Shown piece after piece: positions 18,761 to 29,768 of a stretch of DNA of 64,000 nucleotides. Numbering within the stretch: the first letter of the stretch is position 1; each line of letters opens with the position of its first letter. The stretch lies in NCBI GenBank assembly GCA_030637025.1, contig DAOVVV010000010.1, positions 2,257-66,256 of the forward strand, given 5' to 3'. Below the pieces are notes generated by a model. That model did not search any database. It was not told the origin of the DNA and was given only the letters and a program-made list of their open reading frames with translations. This DNA comes from Clostridia bacterium. GTDB lineage: Bacteria > CBDUZB01 > JAGLHV01. Position numbers and translations under genes: made by a program.

Positions 18761-19741
18761 ATGTATAATGAGATGGGACAAATAAAAGATGATTCAACTG
18801 TATGTGTAATTATTCCAACATATAATCGGGGCAATTTAATAAGTAAAAGTGTGAAAAGTGTTCTTAATCAAACTTATCAAGATTTTGAATTAATTGTAAT
18901 AGATGATGCTTCTATCGATAATACCCGAGAAATTGTGAATAGTTTTGCAGATAAGAGAATTAGATATATTAAACTTGAAAAAAACAAAGGTGCAGCTAAT
19001 GCTCGAAATGTGGGACTCAAAGTTGCTAGAGGAAAATACATTGCATTTCAAGATAGCGATGATGAATGGCTGCCGGAAAAATTGGAAAAACAAATGAAGG
19101 CATTTCAAATTTTACCTGCAAATGTAGGTGTTGTGTATACTGATATGTACCGGATTTCTAATGGAAATACAAAAATAAAACATTGGGAATCTCCACATTT
19201 GAATTCAGATGATGACATGATTCATCGAAAACTATTATCATCTGCTTTGATAAAAAATTATGGAATAGGCATTCAATCAACAATGATTAGAAAAAAATGT
19301 TTTGATAAAGTAGGTTTTTTTGATGAGCGTCTTCCTATGTTCATTGATTTTGAGATGTTTGTTAAACTGTCATATCATTTTCGTTTTTTTCATATACAAG
19401 AACCATTAGTAAATTTTTATAATACATCTGAGAGCATTACTTCTGCAAAAGGAGGGAATAGACACATTATAGCTAATAATTTGATTCTCCAAAAACACTT
19501 TTGCTATATTAAGAAAGATAAAAAACTTTTAACAAAATATTGTTCATGGCTCAGCGAGAGAATGATATGTTCTAAAGATACTTTTAATCAGGGAAGGAAG
19601 TATCTCCTTATGCAATTTTCTGTTGATTTTTTTAATATTAAACTTTTTTTAAAAACTTTAACGTCTTTTTTTGGTATAAAATTTTATTTAAAAATGAGTA
19701 ATATCGGTCACAGATTGTTAGAAAAAAACTTGGATAGATAA
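18761..19741 (+). CDS. Glycosyltransferase family 2
   Basis: VCVIIPTYNRGNLI…IVIDDASIDNT…FQDSDDEW motifs. Confidence 0.8.
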   Translation: MYNEMGQIKDDSTVCVIIPTYNRGNLISKSVKSVLNQTYQDFELIVIDDASIDNTREIVNSFADKRIRYIKLEKNKGAANARNVGLKVARGKYIAFQDSDDEWLPEKLEKQMKAFQILPANVGVVYTDMYRISNGNTKIKHWESPHLNSDDDMIHRKLLSSALIKNYGIGIQSTMIRKKCFDKVGFFDERLPMFIDFEMFVKLSYHFRFFHIQEPLVNFYNTSESITSAKGGNRHIIANNLILQKHFCYIKKDKKLLTKYCSWLSERMICSKDTFNQGRKYLLMQFSVDFFNIKLFLKTLTSFFGIKFYLKMSNIGHRLLEKNLDR

Positions 19742-19780
19742 TATGAAGGTTTAATATAAGCAATTGTTGGGAGGAAAGTA

Positions 19781-20503
19781 ATGTATAAAAAACTCAATGC
19801 TTCAGGTTATGTAACTGATAAGTCAACGCTATATTTAAAGAACTATGAAGAGTATTTTCAGCCTTTTATTGATAAAGATATCAAATTGCTGGAACTTGGT
19901 ATTCACAAAGGGGGGTCTTTACTTCTTTGGGCAGATTATTTCAGAAAGGGAGTTATTATCGGATTGGATGTTAAATTATGCCAAATCAATGATTCGTCGG
20001 ATAGAATTCACATGTATCAAGGTCTTCAAGAGGATTGTGCATTACTTGATCGTATTAGATCTGAGACTGCACCTGCTGGATTTGATGTAATTATTGATGA
20101 CGCTTCCCATATTGGAGAATTAACCAAAATAGCTTTTTGGCACTTATTTGACAACCATCTTAAACCCGGGGGGGTGTATATAATTGAAGATTGGAGGACT
20201 GGGTATTGGGGTAAGTGGCCGGATGGTAAACAATATAAACCCATGTTGTATCAAAATGGTTTTCTAAAAAAACTTAGCGATAGATTGTTTTTTCGAAAAA
20301 AAAGGTTTCTTAGTCACTGTTATGGAATGGTTGGTTTTATTAAGGAACTAATTGATGAGCTTGGTATGGACATGATAACGAATCCCGAACGTAATGGTAT
20401 TGTACCACAGAGATATCCAAAATTCAAGAAAATGGAAATTACTCCTGGTCAGGTCTTTATCGTTAAAGCAACTGCTAGGGACAATGAACTTATGATTAAA
20501 TAG
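19781..20503 (+). CDS. Class I SAM-dependent O-methyltransferase (TylF/MycF/CmcI-like family)
   Basis: LELGIHKGGSLLLWADYF…GLDV and IIDDASHIGE…KPGGVYIIEDW motifs. Confidence 0.6.
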   Translation: MYKKLNASGYVTDKSTLYLKNYEEYFQPFIDKDIKLLELGIHKGGSLLLWADYFRKGVIIGLDVKLCQINDSSDRIHMYQGLQEDCALLDRIRSETAPAGFDVIIDDASHIGELTKIAFWHLFDNHLKPGGVYIIEDWRTGYWGKWPDGKQYKPMLYQNGFLKKLSDRLFFRKKRFLSHCYGMVGFIKELIDELGMDMITNPERNGIVPQRYPKFKKMEITPGQVFIVKATARDNELMIK

Positions 20504-20584
20504 TTTAAGATAAAAAATGTTTTTTTAGTTCAAAAACTGCAAAAGGATAGCATAAAAAAAGATTAAATAAAAAGAGGAACAATA

Positions 20585-22663
20585 ATGAGTAGTGAAAAAT
20601 TTTTGCCTTTAGTTTATATTATAATTTTGAATTGGAATGGTAAGGAACATTTGGAATATTGTATTCCCACAGTCCTTACCACTGATTATCCAAATTTTCA
20701 TATTTTGTTAGTTGATAATGGTTCAACAGATGATTCGGTGTCTTTTGTAAAACAGAGATTCCCCGGAATTACGGTTATCTGCAATAAGAAAAATTTAGGG
20801 TATGCTAAGGGTAATAATATAGGGATAAAATATGCTTTAAAACAAGGTGCCGATTATATTGTTATTTTAAATAATGATATGAAAGTAGATTTAAGATGGA
20901 TTTCTGAAGCAGTAAAAGTGGCGGAATATGATGAGAAAATTGGGTTAATCGGTTTTAAGGTCTTTGGAGAATATGAGGAGGAGGATGAAAACAAATTCAA
21001 GAAAGCACAAAAACATTTTTCAACAGTATCAGTTGAACCAGCAATTTTTGTAACAGGATGTGCTTTATTTATAAAAAAGGAAGTTTTAAAAAAAATAGGA
21101 TTATTTGACGAAGGATACTTTCTTTATGCAGATGAAGAAGATCTTGAATTAAGATTGCAAAGAGCAGGGTTTAATATGAAAAGGTTAAATATCCCTTTGT
21201 GGCATAAAGGAAGCGGGTCAGTTAAGACTAAAAAGGCAAGAATAACAAGTACATATCATAGTTACAGGAGTTATTTAAGATTTCTTATTAAGAATTACAA
21301 ATTACAAGAAGGATTCAGAAAGTTGGGAATATTATTTTTCCGTATCTATTTTAGAAGAAAAAAAACAAGATATCGTCGTTATTATCAGCGACTCCGAAGT
21401 TCCAATTTTTTCCTGAGTACATTCTTATTTATTTGCGCAGCAGTATCAGTAGTCTTTTCCATTTATGAAATTCTAAAAGAAAGGAAGAAATGTACTAAAA
21501 TGCTTGATTTTCCAAAAATCAAAAAAAAGGGCTCTCTTGAAAAAAAAATTAAGGTAATGCATATTATACCTGGATTAGGTCTTGGTGGAGCAGAAACGTC
21601 AGTTGTAAATTTACTTAAAAATCTTCGAGGGCAAGATTGTGAAGTGGCACTCTGCTCTTTAGAGTCTAGAGGGCATACTTTTTTGGAAAAGGAATTAGAA
21701 CGGATAGGGATACGAATTTATTATCTGAATATGAAAAAACATTTAGATTGGCGTGTGGCAATTAGACTTTTTAAAATTATTGGTGATTTTAAACCACTTA
21801 TAGTCCATACTCATCTTCGCGTTATGCGTTATAGTCTAATAGTTGGTCTTTTAAGACGTGTGCCGTTGCAAATACATACTGTGCGGAATGTTGCAAAAAA
21901 CGAATTTGCCAATATGGGTAAATATTCTACTTTAATTCGTTTAATAGCTTTTCGTTGGTGCAAAGTTATTCCAGTGAGTATCTCAAAAATTGTAGCTAAA
22001 ACAGTAAAGGAAGTTTATAGGGTATCATCACCAATAATTCATAATGGGATTCCAATAGATAAATTTACAATGCCGATAGATTCAGAAAGATCACCCAAGA
22101 CAAACAGTAAGGAAAAAATAAGGTTTGTTAATATTTCTAATTTTAGACCTGAAAAAAATCATCAGTTAATAGTTGAAGCTTTTAAATTGGTTAATAAGGA
22201 GTACTTGTCTACTGAATTAGTTTTTGTTGGAGATGGGAATTTATTTTCAGATATTAAAAAATTGGTAAAAGAAAAGAATCTTGATAATTATGTAAGTTTT
22301 CTTGGCCATTGCAGTGATATTCCTCGAGTTCTCAAGAGTTGTGATATCTTTGTATTTCCTTCTGAATATGAAGGTTTTGGTTTAGTAACAATTGAAGCTA
22401 TGTTATCCGGAATACCAGTAATTGCTACACCAACAGGAATAATACCTGAATTAGTAAAAGAAGGTATAAATGGTTTTGTCGTGCCTTTTAATAATGTACA
22501 ATATTTAGCAAGCAAAATGTTAAAATTAGCAAAAGATGAAAATCTTAGAAAGAGAGTCGCTAATAGAGCTCGGGAAGAAGCTATTCGACGATTTGATATA
22601 ACCAATACAGCTAAAGGATATAAGAAATTATATGTTCATAACTTGCATGATAGGTTTATTTGA
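20585..22663 (+). CDS. Bifunctional glycosyltransferase: N-terminal GT2, central TM segment, C-terminal GT4 (Glycos_transf_1)
   Basis: N-term: LVYIIILNWNG…LLVDNGSTDDS…ILNNDM. C-term: KVMHIIPGLGLGGAETSVVNL…EGFGLVTIEAMLSGIPVIATPTG (the EX7E-type GT4 motif region). Confidence 0.75.
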   Translation: MSSEKFLPLVYIIILNWNGKEHLEYCIPTVLTTDYPNFHILLVDNGSTDDSVSFVKQRFPGITVICNKKNLGYAKGNNIGIKYALKQGADYIVILNNDMKVDLRWISEAVKVAEYDEKIGLIGFKVFGEYEEEDENKFKKAQKHFSTVSVEPAIFVTGCALFIKKEVLKKIGLFDEGYFLYADEEDLELRLQRAGFNMKRLNIPLWHKGSGSVKTKKARITSTYHSYRSYLRFLIKNYKLQEGFRKLGILFFRIYFRRKKTRYRRYYQRLRSSNFFLSTFLFICAAVSVVFSIYEILKERKKCTKMLDFPKIKKKGSLEKKIKVMHIIPGLGLGGAETSVVNLLKNLRGQDCEVALCSLESRGHTFLEKELERIGIRIYYLNMKKHLDWRVAIRLFKIIGDFKPLIVHTHLRVMRYSLIVGLLRRVPLQIHTVRNVAKNEFANMGKYSTLIRLIAFRWCKVIPVSISKIVAKTVKEVYRVSSPIIHNGIPIDKFTMPIDSERSPKTNSKEKIRFVNISNFRPEKNHQLIVEAFKLVNKEYLSTELVFVGDGNLFSDIKKLVKEKNLDNYVSFLGHCSDIPRVLKSCDIFVFPSEYEGFGLVTIEAMLSGIPVIATPTGIIPELVKEGINGFVVPFNNVQYLASKMLKLAKDENLRKRVANRAREEAIRRFDITNTAKGYKKLYVHNLHDRFI

Positions 22664-22684
22664 AAAAGTATAAAGGTTAATAAT

Positions 22685-24094
22685 ATGTATTTAAATGTTT
22701 TCAATAGAATAAGAAATACGAAACAAATCGTAGGTGTAGTTTTGTTTTCTATAGGGATAGGTATAACTTGTTTATCTATTGTTGAAAATTTAATTCCTAC
22801 CCTTGCTGTGGTGACAATACTTTTTAGCATTTGTCTGATTGTTATTTATCCAAGTATCCTTTTTGGAATTTATGCAAGTGGATTAATATTTATTATGATT
22901 ATGCAGGCAACTTATGAATTTAATATTTCACCAACAAACAAATGGGTTTTAATACCTTTTATGGGGATATTATTTTATTTATTAAAAGAAAAAAAAGTTT
23001 ATCTTTTCAGAGATGTAACTAAAATGGCAATATCACAAATAATTTTTGCAATATTATTATACATTGGGACTTTTTATGCCGTACACTCCTTTACAAGGAG
23101 CACCTATACGGTACTAATTGCCAGACGTTTTATTTATTTAAATCTTTTTCCTTTTCTGGGTTCTCTTTTTTTTTACAAGGATGATAAAAAGCTAAAGAAT
23201 ATATTTATGGCATTTGCAGTGAGTACAATAATTCTGGCATTAATTCCTTCTTTTTTTCTTGGTGAAAGCTTTTATGCAGATGAAATGCGTCTTACCACAC
23301 GATTGATGGGATTTGCGGGTTCTATTGGTGTGGGAAGAATAACTGGGTTTGCAGCTTTATTAATTGTTTGTTTTTTTGTTGTGATTAAGCGGAATTGGGG
23401 TTATAAACTTCTCCTTTCTCCATTGCTTGCAGTTTTTATTTTTCTTATGCTTCGATCGGGGACGAGAGGAGCACTTATAGCTTTTGTTGTTTCTTTGTCC
23501 ATATTGTTTACTATTGTTTTAAAAATAAAAAAAATATTTTTATTTAAACGAATATTTATACTATTTCTTGTCTTTTTGTTTTCTTTAGGAATTATATATG
23601 CTTTATGGAGCAATATTCCTGATGAACTTAGAGACCGATATCTAACTCTAAGTTCGGGTGGTACTTTTACAAATAATTATCGTATGATATTAATAAAGGA
23701 ATCCATTCAAATGTTCAAAAAATCTCCGATTATAGGATGTGGTACAGGTTCTTTTTATAATCTTGTTGGCACTTATCCACACAACATATTTTTAGAAATA
23801 GCGGGTTATTTAGGTCTTGCAGGGCTATCTATATTTATTTATTTTATTATTAGTACTTTTTTGCGTGCTTTTAAGAGTATTTCAATAAGTACTAATTCCA
23901 ATTCAGATCTTAAGTTTGCAATAACAGCAGCAACTATTGGATTTGTATTTTATCTTACTGAGGCGCAATTTAGTTTTAACTTAGACTTAAATGGAATAAT
24001 TTGGTTCTTTGCCGGATTCATCTGGGCTGCACATGCATGTATTATTTCCAAAGATTATACCTATAGAAAAGAAGAAAGATTTTATGTGGAATAA
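22685..24094 (+). CDS. Second O-antigen-ligase/Wzy-like polytopic membrane protein (putative polymerase)
   Basis: At least 10 TM helices. A periplasmic loop (…RSGTRGALIAFVVS…) is typical of the Wzy_C/O-antigen-ligase family. Confidence 0.6.
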   Translation: MYLNVFNRIRNTKQIVGVVLFSIGIGITCLSIVENLIPTLAVVTILFSICLIVIYPSILFGIYASGLIFIMIMQATYEFNISPTNKWVLIPFMGILFYLLKEKKVYLFRDVTKMAISQIIFAILLYIGTFYAVHSFTRSTYTVLIARRFIYLNLFPFLGSLFFYKDDKKLKNIFMAFAVSTIILALIPSFFLGESFYADEMRLTTRLMGFAGSIGVGRITGFAALLIVCFFVVIKRNWGYKLLLSPLLAVFIFLMLRSGTRGALIAFVVSLSILFTIVLKIKKIFLFKRIFILFLVFLFSLGIIYALWSNIPDELRDRYLTLSSGGTFTNNYRMILIKESIQMFKKSPIIGCGTGSFYNLVGTYPHNIFLEIAGYLGLAGLSIFIYFIISTFLRAFKSISISTNSNSDLKFAITAATIGFVFYLTEAQFSFNLDLNGIIWFFAGFIWAAHACIISKDYTYRKEERFYVE

Positions 24095-24173
24095 TATTGT
24101 TAAATTTAAATTAATTAAATGGACACTGCTCAGTGATTAATTGAAATATCGAAAAAATGTGAGGCTATAATAT

Positions 24174-25349
24174 ATGAAAATAGGATTTGTGCATTTAAAG
24201 GGACATTTCGCAGTAAATGTCCGGAATTCTGCTATATATAATTTTTTAGTCTCCAATGGATTGGATGTTAAAGATATCTTAATAGAGGAAAGCAAATATT
24301 TAGAGAGTTCATACAAAGGAAAGAGTATATTTCACTATGTGAATTTTGCAAATGCTCTTATATTAATAAAGGGGATTTTATTTAGACAAAGTGTGTTTTT
24401 TATAATGAATGAAATATCTTTCAATAATCTTGCTAAGAAGTACAAGATGATGCTAAAGGGAGAATATAAGAATTTATTAAAGGCGGCGGAAGAATGTGAG
24501 GTGCTTCATGCAGAAGACATGTGGTCTGGTTATTTGTGCCGAATGATTAAGAAAAAACTTAATAAACCATATATTTTAGACTTACATGATTCTAATGTAG
24601 CAGCTTTTAGTGCCTATGGTGCGTCTCCGCGAAAAATAGAGTATTATCGGTCAATAGAAAGCAAAGCGGTTTTAAATGCAAAATTTGTAACTGCTGTGAG
24701 TAAACCTGCCAGAAGTTATTTGTCTAATAGTTACGATAAACCGGAAAATGAAATATTTGTTGCACCTAATGGAGCACAGCCGTTGGAAGCTAAAGCACAT
24801 TTTAATCAACAGTTCAAAATAATTTATGCTGGGGGATTTGAACGCAAATATAATATACTTGCGTTTCTCAGAGCGGCTGAAATTCTTAATAATGGAAATT
24901 ACGAGTTTTATATTTTAGGGGATGGTTCTCTTAGAAATGAAATAATTGATTATATTAATAAAAAACATGTAAATGTTTCCTACTTAGGATTTAAAAACAG
25001 AAAAGAAACTCTAAAAGTACTAAGTACAATGCAGGTAGGAATTTGTCCACTATGCGATAATATTGGCAACCAAATTTCGTCTCCTATAAAACCTTTAGAT
25101 TATGCCGCGTGTGGTTTGCCTATAATCATAACCGATGTGAGTGAAATTAGTTTATTGATTAAAAAATATGATTGTGGGATTGTTGTTAAAAGAAATGACC
25201 CAACGGAATTTGCAAATGCAATAAAAAAGTTGAATAATAAGGACATCTGGGAGAAGAAATCAATTAATGCTAAAAAAATGATTAAAGAAGAACTTACATG
25301 GAAACACACTTTAAAACCGTTGTTGATGATTTATAAAAATTTGCTATGA
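24174..25349 (+). CDS. Glycosyltransferase family 4
   Basis: C-terminal GT4 fold with …CPLCDNIGNQISSPIKPLDYAACGLPIIITD… Locus context. Confidence 0.65.
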   Translation: MKIGFVHLKGHFAVNVRNSAIYNFLVSNGLDVKDILIEESKYLESSYKGKSIFHYVNFANALILIKGILFRQSVFFIMNEISFNNLAKKYKMMLKGEYKNLLKAAEECEVLHAEDMWSGYLCRMIKKKLNKPYILDLHDSNVAAFSAYGASPRKIEYYRSIESKAVLNAKFVTAVSKPARSYLSNSYDKPENEIFVAPNGAQPLEAKAHFNQQFKIIYAGGFERKYNILAFLRAAEILNNGNYEFYILGDGSLRNEIIDYINKKHVNVSYLGFKNRKETLKVLSTMQVGICPLCDNIGNQISSPIKPLDYAACGLPIIITDVSEISLLIKKYDCGIVVKRNDPTEFANAIKKLNNKDIWEKKSINAKKMIKEELTWKHTLKPLLMIYKNLL

Positions 25350-26587
25350 AAAACAAATTAAATATGTTGATAAAAACAATTCCTATTTTTTTTGTACGAT
25401 TTTTCTTTATTAGATATTATTGGGTAATAAGGAAAAAAGCACTAAAATTATTTGGGTTGAAAGGAATTAATGAAGCTATAAGAAATGGTACAATAAAAAG
25501 AATTTTGGTTACTCGTTCTCAATGTATGGGAGATATGATAGTATTTATTCCGTTTTTAAGGGAACTAAGAAGAAATTTGCCGGATTCTTATATATGCGTA
25601 TTGGCTGAGGAAAAATTAGGAATAGAAACATTAGATGGTTGTTCTTATATAAATAAAATTATAAAATTTAAATCTGAAAAATTCTTGTTAAAGAGACTGA
25701 AGCAAATAGTTAGTTTAAGAAAGGAACACTTTGATTTATTTATTGTTTCCTCTGCAGAAACAGGATTTGCTTATGCCGGTGCTTTTATGGGAGTGAAATA
25801 TATCATCGGTTTTGATAAAAAAATTAGATTTGGTGAACTTCGGGCAAAAGAGGATACACACTTACTAGATGTATGCGTAAAATTTGATTATTGTCAAAAT
25901 GAAATTTTGCAAAACTTGAAATTATTGAAATTTTTAAATTTTAAAAATGTAAGGAGCAATCCTGAATATTGGATTTACGAATCGGATAAAGCATATATGC
26001 AGAGGTTGCTTTATAATGATCTTCGAATTTCACCGGATAAAATTTTTGTTGGTTTACATCCGGGTTCTAAACAATCGACAAAATGTTGGGCACCATTAAA
26101 ATTTGCTCGGGTGGCTGATTTTTTAATTAAAGACTTTGGAGTGGAAGTTGTACTAATCGGGTCGTATAATGAAATGGATTTGTCTCTTCAAGTAAGTAAT
26201 TTGATGAAGTATAAACCAATTATTTTAAATGGTAAAACAACAATACGCCAATTGGCAGCATTGATGTCAGAGTTGAAATTATTTATATGTAATGATTCTG
26301 GTCCAATGCATATGGCTGCAGCTATTGGTCTACCTGTTGTGGCTTTGTTTGGTCCGGGTCAGATTGCTCATTGGAATTGTTATCAGGATTCAGAAAATGT
26401 GGCCATAATTAGGCATAATGTTTCTTGTTCACCATGCCAAAAAATGTCTTGTCAAAGTAATGAATGTATGAAATTAATTACAGTAAATGAGGTTTATGGA
26501 ACAGCAAAAAAAATATTAGAAAAGAAACTTGAAAAAAAAGATGCGGTTTTTAATAATAAGATTATGGGAAAAGGAGTAGTAGCATGA
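25346..26587 (+). CDS. Glycosyltransferase family 9 (heptosyltransferase-like)
   Basis: GDMIVFIPFLRELR…GSKQSTKCWAPLKF…LIGSYNE…GKTTIRQLAALMSELKLFICNDSGPMHMAAAIGLPVVALFGP matches the GT9 C-terminal signature. Confidence 0.75.
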   Translation: MKNKLNMLIKTIPIFFVRFFFIRYYWVIRKKALKLFGLKGINEAIRNGTIKRILVTRSQCMGDMIVFIPFLRELRRNLPDSYICVLAEEKLGIETLDGCSYINKIIKFKSEKFLLKRLKQIVSLRKEHFDLFIVSSAETGFAYAGAFMGVKYIIGFDKKIRFGELRAKEDTHLLDVCVKFDYCQNEILQNLKLLKFLNFKNVRSNPEYWIYESDKAYMQRLLYNDLRISPDKIFVGLHPGSKQSTKCWAPLKFARVADFLIKDFGVEVVLIGSYNEMDLSLQVSNLMKYKPIILNGKTTIRQLAALMSELKLFICNDSGPMHMAAAIGLPVVALFGPGQIAHWNCYQDSENVAIIRHNVSCSPCQKMSCQSNECMKLITVNEVYGTAKKILEKKLEKKDAVFNNKIMGKGVVA

Positions 26588-26648
26588 GAGTTACGTTTGT
26601 TATTATAAGCCGAGTTATTAAGTTAGTCCTTATTTTGGAGATCAGGAT

Positions 26649-27320
26649 ATGAAAGAAATCATTAAGAGAATACCAATTGTTAGAACTATCGCCAGAAAGG
26701 TTTATGGTGTGTTATTTAATAACCTAAAGCCGTTTCCAGGTTCTGAGGATTATTGGATACAGAGATACAATTCAGGTAGAAATTCCGGAGCAGGTTCATA
26801 CAACCGTCTTGCAAAATTCAAGGCTGAGATAATCAACCATTTTGTGAAAGATAACAATGTTACCACAATCATAGAATATGGTTGTGGCGATGGTAATCAA
26901 TTGAAACTTGCAGAATATCCATCATGTATCGGTTTTGATGTAAGTTCAAAAGCAATAGCATTTTGTCAGGATATTTTTCAGTCCGACAAAACCAAAAGCT
27001 TCAAGTTAATGACTGAATATAAAGGTGAAATGGCCCAATTGACGCTTTCCCTGGATGTGATTTATCACTTGATTGAAGATGACGTTTATTATTTTTATAT
27101 GAAAAGGTTATTTAACTCTTCGGAACGATTTGTGATTATATATTCATCAAATTACGATAAAGAACAACAATACCATGAGAAGCGTAGGCAGTTCACTAGG
27201 TGGGTTGAAACAAACAAATCTGACTGGAACTTGATACATCATATACCAAATAGACTACCGTACAATGGCAATAATGAAGAAAGTTCGCTTTCTGATTTTT
27301 ACATATACGAGAAAGCCTAA
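26649..27320 (+). CDS. Class I SAM-dependent methyltransferase
   Basis: Motif I IIEYGCGDGNQL and a post-I acidic residue (IGFDVS). Confidence 0.6.
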   Translation: MKEIIKRIPIVRTIARKVYGVLFNNLKPFPGSEDYWIQRYNSGRNSGAGSYNRLAKFKAEIINHFVKDNNVTTIIEYGCGDGNQLKLAEYPSCIGFDVSSKAIAFCQDIFQSDKTKSFKLMTEYKGEMAQLTLSLDVIYHLIEDDVYYFYMKRLFNSSERFVIIYSSNYDKEQQYHEKRRQFTRWVETNKSDWNLIHHIPNRLPYNGNNEESSLSDFYIYEKA

Positions 27321-27511
27321 CAAGATATTGTACTTGAGCGCTATGTTCCATAGCGGCAGGTGAGTTTGGTCGTTAGCTATTTCCGGCTTTTTTTTTATAA
27401 GATATAATTTTTTGTTGTTGAAAGAGACATTCAGGTACTTATAGTAGAAGGTTTTTTTAATAAGATGAAAAAATCTTTTTATGGAATAGATTAGTTTAAT
27501 GAAGGTGTATA

Positions 27512-28678
27512 ATGAAGGTTTTTCTGCTAACAAATTCATATTTACCACAATTAGGAGGATTGGAAATAGCAGTTTATAATATTGCACATCAATTAGCTAA
27601 AAAGGGACATAGAGTGACAGTGGTAACAGGTACATCGAATATTAATTATTCTAAAAAAATAGAAAAAGGTGGAATTTGTGTTTATCGTATGCCGTTTATC
27701 CTTCCTCGAATTGTTGTTAGGTGTGGATATAAAAGAGCAATATTAAGTTTATTCAAATGTATTATTGCCCCGTTAATAATTCCCTTAACTTTAATTAAAT
27801 TAGGGTTAATTATAAAATTAACAAAACCTGATATTGTTAATTTACATTATATTGCCGAAAACGCTTTTTTTTGTTTAGCGATAAAAAAGTTTTTGAAATT
27901 CAAATTTATAGTAAATATTCATGGTTCAGATATAGATAGATGTTCACATCGTTCTGTTTTTGCCCGTTGGTTAACGAGGAAAACATTGAAAGAGGCGGAC
28001 TGTGTACTGTCTAATTCTGATTATTTGTTATGCCAAGCAAAAAAAATATGTCCAGAAATAGCAGTAAAATCAAGGACAATTGCAAATGGGATTGATTTAA
28101 AGCGTTTTGAAATTACTGATGAATATGTGAATAATTCAAAATATATTTTAAGTATAGGTAATTTTTCATTCAATAAAGGTTTTGATGTCCTCATTAAGGC
28201 ATTTAATATGGTACACTGTAAATATCAGGATTTAAAGTTATTAATTATAGGTGAAGGTTCAGGAAAGACAGAATGTGAAAAAATTGCCTCCGAATTTGGT
28301 ATTAGTGATTCAGTTAAGTTTTTAGGTAGAAAAGAATTTTTAAAAATTCCGATGTTTTTAAGTGGTTGTGAAATTTTTGTTTTGCCGTCTAGAAAGGAGG
28401 CTTTTGGCATGGTTTTATTAGAAGCTATGGCGGTGGGTAAACCAATTGTGGCAACCAGTGTGGGTGGAGTGCCTGAAGTGGTTAAAGAAAGAGAAAATGC
28501 TATTTTAGTTGAACCTGATTCTCCTGGTAATTTAGCAGAAGGAATTATCAAGTTGATAGACAATCCTGATTTAATAAAGCAATTCGGAAATAAAAGTAAA
28601 GAGATAGTTAAAGATTTCACCTGGGATAAAATTGTGGATAAATATATTGATGTCTATAAGTCATTAATTGAGGTTTAA
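27512..28678 (+). CDS. Glycosyltransferase family 4
   Basis: N-terminal GT4 motif (LPQLGGLEIAVYNIAHQLAKKGHRVTVVT). C-terminal …EAFGMVLLEAMAVGKPIVATSVGGVPEVV…. Confidence 0.8.
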   Translation: MKVFLLTNSYLPQLGGLEIAVYNIAHQLAKKGHRVTVVTGTSNINYSKKIEKGGICVYRMPFILPRIVVRCGYKRAILSLFKCIIAPLIIPLTLIKLGLIIKLTKPDIVNLHYIAENAFFCLAIKKFLKFKFIVNIHGSDIDRCSHRSVFARWLTRKTLKEADCVLSNSDYLLCQAKKICPEIAVKSRTIANGIDLKRFEITDEYVNNSKYILSIGNFSFNKGFDVLIKAFNMVHCKYQDLKLLIIGEGSGKTECEKIASEFGISDSVKFLGRKEFLKIPMFLSGCEIFVLPSRKEAFGMVLLEAMAVGKPIVATSVGGVPEVVKERENAILVEPDSPGNLAEGIIKLIDNPDLIKQFGNKSKEIVKDFTWDKIVDKYIDVYKSLIEV

Positions 28679-28682
28679 ATAA

Positions 28683-29768
28683 ATGGAAAAATATAACATT
28701 TTGCTAATAACCCCTTGTTTAAATATTGGAGGAGAGGAATTATCTACCATTGCTGTAGCAGAAGAATTAATAAAAAGAGGGCATAATGTTTATTATATGT
28801 CTAGTGATGGCCCGTTATTGAAAGAATTAGTGAATAAAAGAATTAATTTTTCAAATGGTAGAATGAATGCAAAGAACATATTCGGATTTAAGAAGGGGAT
28901 AGAAGATATTAAAAATATAGTGAAGAAATGTAAAATTGATATTATTCATTGTTCTGATCCGCATACAACTACTATGAGTTATTTTGCTGTCAAATTTTAT
29001 AGATTAAAGAATAAAATAATTTGGCATGATAGAAGGACTCGTTTTTATCCTATTACAACTAGAATAATGAATATTGTTGCTGATTTTGTAATTGCCAATT
29101 CAAATTTTGAAAAACAAAAGTTAATTAAAAATGGGTTAAATTGTAAAAAAATTAAAACTATTCATAATTCTTTAAATATTCCTTTTCCTAAAAAAAAATC
29201 ACTTAGCACACACAACACACATAGACCACAGATATGTACGGTGGGTAGGTTAGTGCCTATAAAAGGGCATAAGTATTTTGTAAAAGCAGCTGCAGAAATA
29301 AGAAAGGAGAAGTATAAAGTAAAATTTTTGATTGTTGGCGATGGTTTTTTAAGAACAAAATTGCAAGATTTTGTAGTTAAAAAAAACATGGAAAAAGATG
29401 TAATATTTACTGGATTTAAAAGAAATTTAGAAGAGTTATATTCTTCGATAGATATTTTGGTTAATCCATCTTTATATGAATCATTTGGTAATACATGTTT
29501 GGAAGCAATGGCTTATGGAAAACCTGTAATAGCAACTAAGACGGGTGGTGTGCCGGAGGTTATAGAAGATGGCGTTACCGGTATACTTGTACCTCCTCGA
29601 AATTTTAAAAAAATGGCTGAGGCAGTTATCTATTTGTTAAAAAATCCTAATATTACTCAAAAAATGGGTAAAGCAGGAAGGGAAAAAGCAAAGAAATATT
29701 TTACTATTAATAGGGTTGGAAATGAGATAGAAGGAGTTTATAAGAATGTAATGGAGAATACACAATGA
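28683..29768 (+). CDS. Glycosyltransferase family 4
   Basis: …ESFGNTCLEAMAYGKPVIATKTGGVPEVIEDGVTG… GT4 signature. Confidence 0.8.
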   Translation: MEKYNILLITPCLNIGGEELSTIAVAEELIKRGHNVYYMSSDGPLLKELVNKRINFSNGRMNAKNIFGFKKGIEDIKNIVKKCKIDIIHCSDPHTTTMSYFAVKFYRLKNKIIWHDRRTRFYPITTRIMNIVADFVIANSNFEKQKLIKNGLNCKKIKTIHNSLNIPFPKKKSLSTHNTHRPQICTVGRLVPIKGHKYFVKAAAEIRKEKYKVKFLIVGDGFLRTKLQDFVVKKNMEKDVIFTGFKRNLEELYSSIDILVNPSLYESFGNTCLEAMAYGKPVIATKTGGVPEVIEDGVTGILVPPRNFKKMAEAVIYLLKNPNITQKMGKAGREKAKKYFTINRVGNEIEGVYKNVMENTQ